Shown: positions 27,976 to 40,417 of the stretch, piece by piece
Layout: each line of letters begins with the position of its first letter
Position numbering within the stretch: the first letter of the stretch is position 1
DNA from: Catajapyx aquilonaris
Lineage: Eukaryota
Length of the DNA: 55,407 bases
Reading direction: 5' to 3'
Assembly (NCBI GenBank): GCA_000934665.2
Contig: KZ537962.1
Coordinates: 186,001 to 241,407 of the forward strand
Position numbers and translations under genes: made by a program
The notes under the pieces: generated by a model
The model's database searches: none
What the model saw: the letters and a program-made list of their open reading frames with translations, nothing else
Told to the model about the DNA's origin: nothing

Positions 27976-30083
27976 AGACGAGTAAAATGGTTCCAGACAC
28001 ATTCATAGGGTTTTCCCAGATCTCGTAAGTATAGCTGTTATTATTTGCAAAATATCTTGTCCGTATCTTCGGAGTACGCGTAAGCCAAAAACTGTGTGGT
28101 TCGGGCCGATCTGGGGCCGAAGGGGTTAATCTCCCATGATCTGACTGCAATGCTCGCAAATAAAATTAACAAAGTACAATTAAAGAGGTACTGTATCTAT
28201 AATGTCACATGCATGACATATATCGTCCGCATGCAAGTGAAGTCCACAAATTCCAATTTTGGCGGTTTTAAGTTACTCGTATTTACGCCACAAATAGCAT
28301 TTAAAAAATACTCACTCGCCTGGTGAACTCCATTTAGTGGGGACAAGAGTTTGCATCTGAACAAATCGGTCAAATTTTTACAAAGCTTTCTTCAGTGTGG
28401 CATGTGAAAAGGCAGAAATGTTTTAAGATATTACGCAATACCTGACGTAAATTATTAATAACTTCATCTACCGTCTACACTCATGGCGGAATTTGTGGCG
28501 TGTCATTTGGTCACATCATAACGCGCAATTGATTGGGCATTTGGCCGCGTCGTGCATTTTACATTTTGAAACTATTCAGATTTTTGTGAAATCGGCTTGA
28601 GTCACATATTTTCAGCCTGATTTGCCTCAGCCTCAAAGTACAGTACTTCCACATTCAGCTCAATTTTTATTCGGACGATGCCGCGTTAAGGACTTAAGGT
28701 ACTCCACAAAAACTGGGGAACTCATTGTGAATAGTATTCCTAAATAAGCTGCGATGGTAAAAATTAGGCAACTTCGGAACTAGTAGGCTTACATTTATAC
28801 ATATCCCTTCTTCTGTAAACTGACACGACCCAAATCAAATGAGACCTTAAGAGCTACATAAATATTATGGCAAATACAGTAAACGAATGTATCAAGCACT
28901 CTCTGTACTGTCATGGACATGTCCAATGTCAAGGGAACATACCCTTCTCTTTTTCCTCCCATCAATGATGGCAATATCATATTGATTTAGCCATTCTGTC
29001 TACATACAAATAAGTTTGGGATTTCAACTGAATATCTAGAGCTAGACCTACCCCGATGTATAAATGCCAACCATGCACTTACAGCAAATCCTGTGACTGA
29101 AGGGCACTTTACATTCATGACACTGACCTGGTTAGAGGGAGTTGAATTATATGTTTACTGATCGCCAACTCTCTGTATGACTATACTATGAAGTGAGCTC
29201 TCTGGTATAAGATTATGCAGCATTACATAGGACCCGTCTATTTCTGCTTGTATGGGAAGTAATCAATTGAAGACCATGCATTACAACCGCACACACACAC
29301 TGCACTCTCATCACTAAGCCCATTCTGATGCATGTATCTCCCCAAGGCAGATAAAGACAGGTAATAAAGCACATTCATTCCTACACCACTACATAGTGGT
29401 CATACAGCAGTACAAATAATTGTAACTTGCATTACAAAAATAGTCACTCTCACCTTTCAACAATGCCGTCCAAGTTGCAGAATGGAAAACTGTATAGTAT
29501 TTTGTTTCAAGCTTCATTGCCCAGTGTATGACATCATATGATTCCATTCATTCCAAAAGGATACAACTAATCAAATTAAAGCCAGAGTACAAGCATATTG
29601 GTACCTTTTTATTCTCAACATAAATTACAAATATTGTGCAACAATCTACAAAATAATGACTTTATTTTCAATCACATTGGTGTGTCATATTTTTTGGAAG
29701 CTCTTGATTATTATTGATTTTTATTACTGGAAGACATTTTTCACTTGCAACATTGCTGAATAGCTTCACTAGAGGCATTTTACAATGGAAACATCGAACA
29801 GTACTACAATATTGTCAGTGATGATTTGTGACATTGACTGTTTATCCCACAAATTATCCACCTTTTCAATGTATTCCTTCAAAAAAACTTGGAAACAATA
29901 TTCATCTCAAAACCAAAATATACTCGTACAGTGCAGTATTGTGGTTGTGAATAAGAGTTAATTTGGCTTGGATACCATACGACTCAAATTATTCTTGAGA
30001 GACTGCAAATCAGTTTAGAAAATCATGACAAAATATAAATATACCCATGTACTCACTGTCAGAGCCAACTTTCATAAGTAGAT

Positions 30084-30238
30084 ACTATATATACTCGAAT
30101 CTAAGTCACGCCCACTAGTTTAAAGTAGTCAAATGTTAGCTATGGAAGAATGCTTTGTACCTTATTCTAATATGCACCCTATTTTTTCCCATATTTTTAA
30201 AAGACAAAACGCGTGTCTTAGATTCGAGTAAAAACTGT
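30084..30238. mobile_element. Degenerate Tc1/pogo-type MITE
   Basis: Imperfect TIRs TACTCGAATCTAAG ... CTTAGATTCGAGTA, with an architecture similar to the element at 52023. Confidence 0.55.
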
Positions 30239-32449
30239 CATTCTAATGTGCCCTTTTTAACTGTGTCCATTATATTCAAGGGTCTATCAAGCCTTAAATT
30301 GTGGCTTAATTATACTGTGCAGTACAACACTGAAAATGACTCCCATATTACTCGGTATATCAGGTCTCCTTTTATAGCCAAAATCATTTTTTAAACTCGC
30401 AAATCTCTGTTAAGAATACTCAAAAGTTGAGTCCTGCTGTATGTGGGCTGATCCTCCTCTCAGGCACTCCGAGCAAAATTTATTGTAAGTTTTGAATAGC
30501 AGCCGAAAGTGGGCACAGGAAAATTGGGCCATCAACGAAAACTTGAATGATCATATAATAGTTCAGTATCAGTTGCAGTTAATGCAAAAATCTCATATCT
30601 ATAACAATGACATAATAATATTATACAACAGATGCAGTCATTCTGTGTGGTATGAAAACTACCATATTTAGCTCCTTATCCCCTTCCATTAACCCCCCCC
30701 CCCCCCCACACACACACACAATATATTGCAATTGAAACAATATTAATTTGTTTTTAGCTTCGTTAGAATCACAGAAATTCTTCAAATGACTTGCCATTTA
30801 AACACACTATTTAAAAAACTCAGTGAAAATTACATTAGTCACTGACTTCTAAAACTATCATACACTATTAACACCCATTGCCTGTGCATGTAACTTAAAA
30901 ACAAATCAGTAACATTTGTGTACCACTGACTAGTGATGATATTTTATCTCAAATATTATCAATGGCATTAATAACTTCTCTCTTTTTGCAGGCTATATTA
31001 CAAGGAATGGAAAAGAAGGTTGGAACTCACACTCATCAGAGATCTCACTCACGTAACTCATCCCACTACTGCTTTGCATCTACTGCATTTCAACACACTA
31101 ATTATAATTGCTGTAATTCACTGCATTGCTAGAATAGACTAATGTGCGACACTAGTCCTTATTGACATTCCTGGACACTCAGTGAAAATGTTATATTGGT
31201 AAAGGTTTTTCCTTTTTCTGTGACTTTCAGGATGAAATGATTGAAGAGTGTATGAAATAGTATCAATGCACATGCAACCTTTTTAGCAAAACACATAGCC
31301 TGCAATCAGGAAGCGTAATCCAAACAGCACTGTGAATCTGACCTTGTGGCTCCCCGAGTTCGAATAATTTGTCCAAGGTGCTGGTTAGCATTTGTTGGTG
31401 AAACTGGGTGGATTGTTGAGACCAGTGCAGGGAGTTGGTACGCAGTTGAAGAAGTTTGAACTGGAGTGTGTGGCAGCTATCGGATACTTTCGCCCACAAT
31501 AATTTTGTGCACAATTAACTTTTTTAAATTCATTATCTGGTCTACCATTTCATGTCCTTGGCCCTTTAAAAAAAATTATGCCTAGAGCCAATTTTCGTTG
31601 GTGTAGGAATGCACAGAGGGTAGGGTAAAATTCTTATACGGTAGGCTATTCTCTTAAATTTGAACAGGGCATAATATTTTTATTACCCTATTTCAAGCAA
31701 AATAGATAGTGAAACTAGAAAATTGAATAAAACAAGTACACTCCATAAATAACCGCATCCCCCCTGCACATACCTGGGAAAAATCTATCACTCTTAAACA
31801 GATTATAACACGATAATTCCCCCCCCACCNNNNNNNCCCCCCCCCAGCATTTGATGTAAGGCAGATAGCCCATTCAAATGCACTGTACTTACATTCAAGA
31901 TCAGACTCTTTGGGGATAAATACTGTATTTTATGGCACAATACATCCTTCCTATTGCTAATATATGTCCTTGTAGGTTCCCTCCATGTGATCTCAAAAAA
32001 ATATAATTGCTTATGGATATGAATATTCAGAAATAAAAATGGAATGATGGGGAAATTCTTGACTTCGTGGGTAACCAATCTGAATGATCATTTATTCACT
32101 TTCAAGCAAGCAGTATGTAGGTGCATTACTCGTTCTATCTTTGTATAGCATTCAGGGCTCAATAGCTCCCTCAACCTTACACCATTACACAGATAAGTCA
32201 AAGTTAGAATAACAATGTGCAGAAATCATGTTGGTAAGAAGGATTAACATGAGTGCTATTTGAATCCCCACAAAAAAATAACATCTTGGTTGGAAACAAC
32301 TACAAAAATGATCAAATGGACCTGACTATTGTTTTTCCCTTTTTGCCCAAAGTGACAATCAATGTCTGAATAAGGAAGCTACAGAGCAGGTACTGATGCC
32401 ACACCTAAGAAATCACATTTTTCGGTCAGAAAGAGAAACCAAAGCTTCT

Positions 32450-33955
32450 TTACATCTTCAGATTTCCAAAGCAGAGGTATTTAACATAGGTATATTCATC
32501 AATACCATGCCTGGAGCCCTCCCTCCCTATCCCAGACTCTTTCATACCTCCAAATGCTCCCTCCGCTGCAGATATCATGCCCTCGTTGATTCCTACCATC
32601 CCCACCTCCAATTTCTTGGCCACCCGCCACACTTGGGCAACATCATTACTGTAGAAATATCCTGCTAATCCTCTATTAGTATCATTTGCCATAGCCAACG
32701 CCTCCTCCTCTGTTGAAAACTCATTGCAGACAGCCACAGGACCAAATATTTCCTCCTGGTAGCAATTCATCTTTGGAGTGATGCCAGTCAACAGGGTAGG
32801 CTCGTAGAATGTTTCTTTCACAGGTTTGCCTCCGAGAAGCACTTTGGCACCTTTTGAGACTGCATCTTGGACCAATTCCTGCACCCGCTTGGCTTGCGTT
32901 TGATTAATTAGTGGCCCTTGGTTTGCCTTTGTGTCAAAGCCATCACCAAGGACAAGTTGTGCTTCCATGGCCTCTTGAAATGCCTGCACAAATTGCTGAA
33001 ACACACCTCGCTGGACGAATATGCGGTTGATACTGACGCACGTCTGCCCACTGTTGCGGAACTTGGCCTTCATGGCGCCATCAACTGCCAGAGCAATGTC
33101 AGCAGTGTCAAACACAATGAAAGGGGCATTCCCACCCAACTCAAGAGAAAGGCGTTTCACCCCTGAGCTGCAAAGCTTGTACAGAATTTTTCCAACATTG
33201 GTTGATCCAGTGAAAGAAACAGCTGCAACTTGTGGACTCTCACACAGATGTTGCCCTATTCTGGGCGAATTTAGTCTGGAACCAGTCACAACATTGAAGA
33301 CACCTGGTGGAATCCCAGCTTGCTCTGCCAGTGCTGCCAATGCCAGAGCCGACAGAGGTGTGTCCTCTGCAGGTTTGACCACGCAGGTGCAACCAGCAGC
33401 CATTGCAGCTGCTGCCTTGCGTGTAATCATTGCATTTGGAAAATTCCATGGTGTGATCATTGCCGCTACTCCAACCGGTCTCCGAATAAATATCATTTCC
33501 TTCGATGAAGATGGACTGGGCACAACCTCACCATACACCCGTCGTGCCTCCTCTGCAAACCACTCGACGTAACTGGCGCCGTAAGCAATCTCACCCTTGG
33601 CCTCAGCTATCGGTTTCCCCTGTTCCATTGTCAGCAGGTCAGCCAGCTCTCCCTGATGCTTCACCATCAAGTCATACCACTTCCGCAGCATGACCGCTCT
33701 CTCCCTGGCCGTGGTGTGTTGCCAGGACTGGAAGGCTTTGTGAGCTGCAGCCACAGCCTTCTCTGTGTCTCCCTCATCCATGTCTGGCACGGAGGCCACG
33801 ACATCCCCCTTGGATGGGTTATGCACCTGGAGAGTCTTTCCGGAGGAGGCCCCAACCCACTTCCCGTCCACGTACCCTTTTTCTCGAAGCAGGGCGTTGG
33901 TATAGTGGCGAACCAGGGGCCAACGAGCACACAGCTGACGTCGAGAGGCCCACAT
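32450..33955 (-). CDS. ALDH5A1: Succinate-semialdehyde dehydrogenase, mitochondrial (CDS without introns, 501 aa)
   Basis: One uninterrupted ORF with motifs EQGKP, ITPWNFP, KPAEDTP, SFTGST, LELGGNAP (Glu), FRNSGQTCV (Cys), EEIFGP and GREGSRHGIDEY. The first ATG at 33955 gives an Arg-rich presequence MWASRRQLCARWPLVRHY. The ORF-track start at 33985 is a GTG. Confidence 0.95.
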   Translation of the reverse strand: MWASRRQLCARWPLVRHYTNALLREKGYVDGKWVGASSGKTLQVHNPSKGDVVASVPDMDEGDTEKAVAAAHKAFQSWQHTTARERAVMLRKWYDLMVKHQGELADLLTMEQGKPIAEAKGEIAYGASYVEWFAEEARRVYGEVVPSPSSSKEMIFIRRPVGVAAMITPWNFPNAMITRKAAAAMAAGCTCVVKPAEDTPLSALALAALAEQAGIPPGVFNVVTGSRLNSPRIGQHLCESPQVAAVSFTGSTNVGKILYKLCSSGVKRLSLELGGNAPFIVFDTADIALAVDGAMKAKFRNSGQTCVSINRIFVQRGVFQQFVQAFQEAMEAQLVLGDGFDTKANQGPLINQTQAKRVQELVQDAVSKGAKVLLGGKPVKETFYEPTLLTGITPKMNCYQEEIFGPVAVCNEFSTEEEALAMANDTNRGLAGYFYSNDVAQVWRVAKKLEVGMVGINEGMISAAEGAFGGMKESGIGREGSRHGIDEYTYVKYLCFGNLKM

Positions 33956-34139
33956 GATGTAACTCGTCTCTGCAAAGGTCGGCACTTAACTGAATCGGCG
34001 GCTGGCGACTACCCTCGATTAGGCTTCGTTGGTCGTGTTGGAAGGCAGCAGGGGCAAAGGTGAGTCCGGGGGCTATCGTCCAGGGGCACCGTTGGCAGGG
34101 CAACGCAGGGGCAGGAATCGAAAAATTCAAGGATCTTCA

Positions 34140-34260
34140 ACCGGGGTGGGAAGCGCCATGTTGGATGGTTTTGCTTTCGGTTGTTCGCGTGTGCTGTCCA
34201 TGCTGAAGAGTGACATGCGCATGCGCTTATTGCAGGAGCGAGCCAGCTAACATTTTGTGG
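34140..34260 (-). promoter_or_regulatory. Probable SSADH promoter with NRF-1/Ewg and YY1/Pho-like motifs
   Basis: TGCGCATGCGC at about 34216-34226 and GCGCCATGTTG at about 34153-34163, at the edge of a CpG-rich 5' region about 200-270 bp upstream of the ATG. Confidence 0.55.
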
Positions 34261-34341
34261 CAAATTCAAATAGTGGCGGTCCTCATGCTCAAAATATTGA
34301 ATGACATTATAATTAATTGTTACTGCTATTAACGCTAAAAG

Positions 34342-34458
34342 TAGCTTCCGTTACTTATCACTGAAAAATGAAATAACACAAGGATACTAAACTTACTATA
34401 GCCTATGCTACAGTACCATTTGTCATTTCATTTTTCAGTGATAAGTAACGGAAGCTAC
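34342..34458. repeat. Inverted repeat / small MITE-like hairpin (about 37-bp arms)
   Basis: GTAGCTTCCGTTACTTATCACTGAAAAATGAAAT ... ATTTCATTTTTCAGTGATAAGTAACGGAAGCTAC. Confidence 0.85.
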
Positions 34459-37400
34459 GGGAAAAGGGGTATGAAATGGGGTGAATATGAATCGCACTTC
34501 TGAGTTTCATTTAAAATATTTTTCTTCTTCAAAGTGTCCTTTTGTCATTTAGCTGCTAAATAAAGTCAATATCAAAATGCATGTTTTATAGTTTTTGAGT
34601 TACTCAAGGTCAAAGAGAGAGACGCGGGAAATTTATTATTTATACAGAATTTTAAAGTAGCATGCAGCAGAGTATTATCTGCAGTAATGATTCAGTCCAA
34701 AAAAAACTTCACAATATTGATTTCAGATAAAAATTAGGCAGAAAAACTCGTTAAATGGCAACTATAAATTTGGGGCTATTTTCATTATACTGTATAGTTC
34801 TCTGCTCTTCCTGATGCGAGCACAACTACTTTTGCTATTGATGGTTACCACGATACTTGCTCCATAAAAATGCACGACTATTCGTAAATGAACATTACAG
34901 AATTATTTATAGTGCTACTTATACATTATTGCTATTTAGCTAAACTACCTAATTTGCAGTAATAATCTCTGTGTTGTAACAATATTCTCGTGGTTGCTAC
35001 AAGTGCATGCAGTATAAGTTACACAATGTTTATTGGGGGTGTGCATGGTACAGTAATACTTAATATCAATACTGACTCTCCCTTCAAGATTCCTTAGACT
35101 TAAACATAACACATTGCAGTTTCGAAATATTATATCGCATAATGATGAACAGGATTGCAACATGTAAGGCATGGTGTGTGGAACCATATATTCAATTACA
35201 GGCACATTTGGCAATCCTTCATCGTAGGTCAAGTCAATGTAATTTTTCAAATTTATGCTAGAACGATATCAGTCACGCCCTTCCTCGGTCAACGACACAT
35301 TTGCATTCGAGAAAGAGGACCCCTATACGTATTATTCCACGGCAGTGATGGTGAGTAATCCAGCAGGACCAGAAGAAGCGCATTTTTGAGATGAAAGAAG
35401 AGCATAGGCGGTGATGAGTGTGATAAGGAGTATTGTATAGCTGAGTATAGAAGCAAGAGTCTGGTTCTGGGCAGCTCTCCTAATCATGGTCCTCTGGGCC
35501 ATCCAGCCAGGGAGCCCCCATTGCCCCAATCAAGCGAGGAAGTGGCGGCAATTTAGAGTGGCGGGGTCACAGATGAGCCTCAATGGGGATAAATGGGCTT
35601 TTGATGGGATAATTGGTCCCCTTGGCACCCAGCCACCGACACGTCCGGGACACTTGCACCATCGCTTACTTTTGCTCCGGATGTCTTCTTCCCTCTATCT
35701 GCCTTCACAATTATTCTGTAAGCCTTTAGCACACCAGATCGCACCAGACACACATGGTATTGACTTACGGCATTACTCTATAAGAACAGTGCGTTAGGTA
35801 CACTGCATAGGTGTGGCATAAATTAATATTGTACATTAAATTTTTGTGCATATATTGCTAGTTGGAGTCCATTTCAACAATTTCAGTACATGTCATATGT
35901 AGTTGGCTCGTGCAGCCGCATGTGTACAGTACAGTACATAGTCTGAATAATATTCTTCGTCGTGCAGCTGCACCTCAAAATACGCAAGCATACCCACACC
36001 CCTTCACCATATAACCTCCGCATGTTCCTGTCAACAGCGAGAAAGTCATTCGGCCGCTTAACAAGCTCAATTGGATAAATGGTAGTGGCGTCGAGACCCC
36101 AACCCGGCTGTGCCAAGGGGAAATGACGTTCACCATGATGAGCAATCTCTTCGCCAGAAAGAATTGGAACAGAAAAAAAATCCCCTCCTTGCTGTTGGAC
36201 GTCATGGTTATAGATGCGACATAAAACCAAAGGGCACGACCTTTATCCTGCACGTGAAGACTGCGAGGGTCGTTTATTTTTTGTAAAGGATGCCTGACAC
36301 AAAAATGTGATCAGTGATCAGTGCAAAATACTGGGTTGAGCAGTGGGAACAGCGTGCCAATAGGGTGAAGTAGATAGAAGTGGAGGAATAGGTCCGCGTG
36401 TAGCGGGCAACCACCAAACCCACCCACCCTAGATCAGCACTCATTGAATTACACCCTCCTCCCCTCCTCACATAATATCATTTATACAACTGCAGAATCA
36501 AGTTAGCCTAACTGGACCTTACAGGCGGGGCTTAGCTAACTAACAGGGAAAAGTGCGAGTAAGTAGTGCTGAGCGGCATGACCACGCACACTGATTCCGA
36601 AGGGCCTCGTACTGCATTCCCTGGGTCTTCTCACTCCTTCTAGGACACCAATTCTTCAATTACAGCTCATTTCCCAAACTCAACCGTTGCCGGGACAAAT
36701 AACGTAAACGGAATTGGACTCACTCCGCCTAGTTAAACCTAGAAATCAACAAGAGACTTGGTGCCAATGAAGTTATTTTCCACAAGGCAACTGCTGTCAT
36801 TTGATATACTGCGCACCATATAAATACCAGGTAATTAGTGTACAGTGTTAAGAAAAAGACACAGTCGGTGCCAAAATGACAATGATTTTCACAATAAGTT
36901 TGTGTTCCCTCGGATGACTGTGATGAGCTAGCTTAGGGCTTTCTATACAGCCTATATTGCCTTATGATGCTTGTGGAATCGCAGATGCGAATATTTGAGA
37001 AAATTAGTCTTCTTGCAAGTTGCTACATGGGATGCAGGTCACAGGCTGAGTGACAGATACCGAAAGAGGGCGGGCACCTTGCAACAAGTCTTTATTATAA
37101 AAGAACCGAGAGTCGGAGCCAACCTTGGTCCCATTTACCAAGCAAGGCGCACTCGCTTTTCCTTCTCGTTTTTGGCATTGGTTTTTGCTGCGAACTTAAT
37201 TTACACACAGCACATACGTCAGTCTTCCTCATTAAGAGTTGCATCCCAGACTCCTCTGATCGTATTATACAATCTGTCTGTAAAGCAGCATACTGTGTAT
37301 AGACAATGATAATAATAATAATAATGCTTCTCTATATACATCAGACTGGACTCAACAGCTTTAATAAACCAAACACCTTGTTGAAACTGGGACTTCGTGC

Positions 37401-40330
37401 GACTGTTTTCAATCGGAGTCAATATTGTGACACCAAATAGGCATTGTCGCAGGCAAATACACTGCCAGGGACGATCAAATAGCCATAATCCGGAAGCTTC
37501 CCTATATAGGATCTGCATATATCCGCAGCCAAGCGTGAGGATTTATCACCTCCATGGTCGCATTCAGACGCGTGCGAGGCTCATCCCCCAAGGGACACAC
37601 AAATAATAGCCAGCTTACTCCAATCCTCTATTATACCCCCATTACCACCGTTTGATTGTGGCTTCTGACCCTCTACACCACTCTCTTTTTTTGTAACGTG
37701 CGCCCGCGTGTAGTAAGAGGGCACTATAGGAAGAGTCTCATGTATTGTTCCCACCACAAAAAAAGCTCTTCCGCTCGTAACTCGTAATTAGATTGACGGC
37801 ACTTATATTGGCGTGTTGAGAAAGAACCGTATTTTTCTGAGGGGGCAATCGAGACTTGTCATCTTTGGCCTCACTGAAAATGTTCCCATGGGCTTCAGTT
37901 GTGTGGACCAAACCAATGTTGTCACTTCTGGTTATATTCCCCTCATCTCTAATATTTAATTTGTGCTTAGGAAATGACTAATTAGCTGCATAAATAAATG
38001 CAAGTCAGCTATATACCTGGCATCGGCAATGAGGTACCACGAGGAACTTCGAGCCATATGCAATGGCCAATTTATTGCCAACACACAATGGCAAGCCCTT
38101 GTCCATTGGTGGTTCCGTGAGACCCTGATGAGCCTGGCAACATTCAGAAGTGCTCTTGAGGTAAGTTTGTCCGTAGCAGCAGGGAAGCGCATCAGAAGGA
38201 CACGCGCCATGTCAAGCTCGATAGAAGCCCGATAAGCCAGAATTGATTGCTGGACATGCCCCTAATAACAACCGCGGATTCTTATCGGACGTGTCACAGA
38301 TTTTTATCAGCTGGATTGGAGGCAGGGGGTCTGTGGGAAGATTCTCTCCGATGGTACCCCACTGAAATGTATATAGTGGCCGTGAAATTCTGGGAAAAAT
38401 GGGTGCGATTGGCCCCCAAGTTTCTGCACCGATGACTTCATTTATGTTGCACCATGGCCCGCTTCCACTTGTTTGTAAGGGCAAATTGCCTCACTGCCTT
38501 TCCAGAACAGGGTACAAATGAGCCCTTCAGCGACTACGCTCCGGTGGACACAGCACACATATTGGCGCACTGGAAACAGTGTGGTATCAGCAAATATCGA
38601 AATAGACTGAATTTTAAAATGCTGCCACTATATACGGTGAGAAGTACTATATGTGCAATGAATCAAGAATCCCTCTTGTACCACTTGACAGGTCCCAGAT
38701 TGACTTGAAAAGTCCCCTCCAATTCGCGCCGTCCATCAGTCACAAGAGGTGGACACGGTTCCCCTTTGTTTATAATAAAAACCATCCCCCTATGTACTCC
38801 CCCCAAAAAAGTGGAGGGTGTGGGGTACCCTCAGTTTTATGAACTTGACTCTTGAGTCTAGCACACGCTCAGAGCCATCAATTATTCCTCTTGCTGGACA
38901 AGCTCTGACAGGTGTCCAGATTGTCACCCAAACTTCCGTCGTTCCCACTGCTCCAGAAAATAAAAATTGTCCACTTGAAAGAACAATGGTCATGGTCATC
39001 GAGCCACCAAATGAGGGAGGCCTTCCGTGATAAATGAAGCTTCCCCACTCCCCACTCCCTACCCCTCTACCAGACATAAGCTTTGCATACCAAATGAGGC
39101 CACACTCCCGTGTGAGAACTACCCACGTGACCCGACTCAAAAGTGACCAGTCCAGTGTTTTTTTGGCTCTTGGACCATTGATTCTCTAAATGGATCACAC
39201 TTGCCGGACACTCTCAGCTCTTTTGACTGGTTGCAATTTTTTGGGAAGGATAATGGAGGCACACAGAGTCAACAGTGGAGGGTCACCCCCCTACGTTTGA
39301 CTTGCGGATTCTATTCACTTTTCAATGGCCCTTCCTCCCGCTCGTAATGAGGAATTATTGCTTTTCATTACAGGCGCCATGGTGGTGGGAATTTAAGATT
39401 TCAGAGCTTGGGTACAACATCCCAATCGAAACAGATGGATTGATTCACAAGAACATGAGAAAGCGGATGTCATTTAATGTTGGTCAGTGATTGTCCCTTC
39501 AACGCGACACTTTTTCATTGCCACTCTGGCTCTATATACATCACACACTAAAAGCCATCAGAAAGAAGCAGTCTGAAAAATGTAAGAGAGGGTAAAAATT
39601 GAAAAGCATTACGTGGCTCATATTTCGTGCTGGCAGCCTGATCGTGGGCAAAGCGTCTCCCCTTTTGGCTAGGACCCACCTGCCCTCTGACCTGATGCCC
39701 ACGGCCATATCTCCCGTCATCAGCAGCGGCCCGCGCGCGGATAAAGCTAATCATAATAATAACAATAATAACTCGGTTGGCGAATCGCATGGCCAGTCGC
39801 CGCCGACTCGCGATCATTTCGATACTGTCCCGATATGACTGGGGAGAGTTGGGGTGGGAGGAGTGGGGGAGGAATTATACACCGAAAAAAAATGGGGAGA
39901 TGACCCTTATCGCACCCTTAATGTGAAATATAATATTCTTCGTCCCCAGTTTTTGTGGCCACAATTCTACTATCAGATGTCCCTCTTGCCACGAATATAA
40001 CATATGCGATGCTTATTTGTGCGGCGAGGGAGGATTTTTATCGAATTTGCACCGGGGACAATAATTATTTGCTACGTAGAAGGTATAATTAATGACGAAA
40101 CGTCATGAAACACAACATTTGTCGCGGAAACAGTCTACTCTATCTGTGCCCTCGATTTTTCAGGGCACGCGCGCAATAATAGGAGCTGGAAATAAGATAG
40201 GCAATTATTTGGCCATATATTTTTTCAAAAACATGATCAGGAGATTCAATGGAAATAATTTTTTCTGCTAAAAATGTTGGAGTGCAGACCATACGATAAC
40301 CACGTGGTGTGCCAGTCGCTAATTTGAAGT

Positions 40331-40331
<1 letters not shown>

Positions 40332-40416
<85 letters not shown>
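40332..40416. repeat. (AAT)n microsatellite
   Basis: Directly visible; explains the spurious poly-Tyr ORF. Confidence 0.97.

Positions 40417-40417
<1 letters not shown>

Noticed and set aside
33030..33060. SSADH lacks the second Cys of the human CxC redox switch (QTCVSIN)
   Set aside because: As I recall, a Ser here is common in non-vertebrate SSADHs, so it is not unusual.
33021..34063. Long + strand ORFs antisense to SSADH
   Set aside because: These are shadow ORFs of a GC-rich coding strand with no recognisable motifs.
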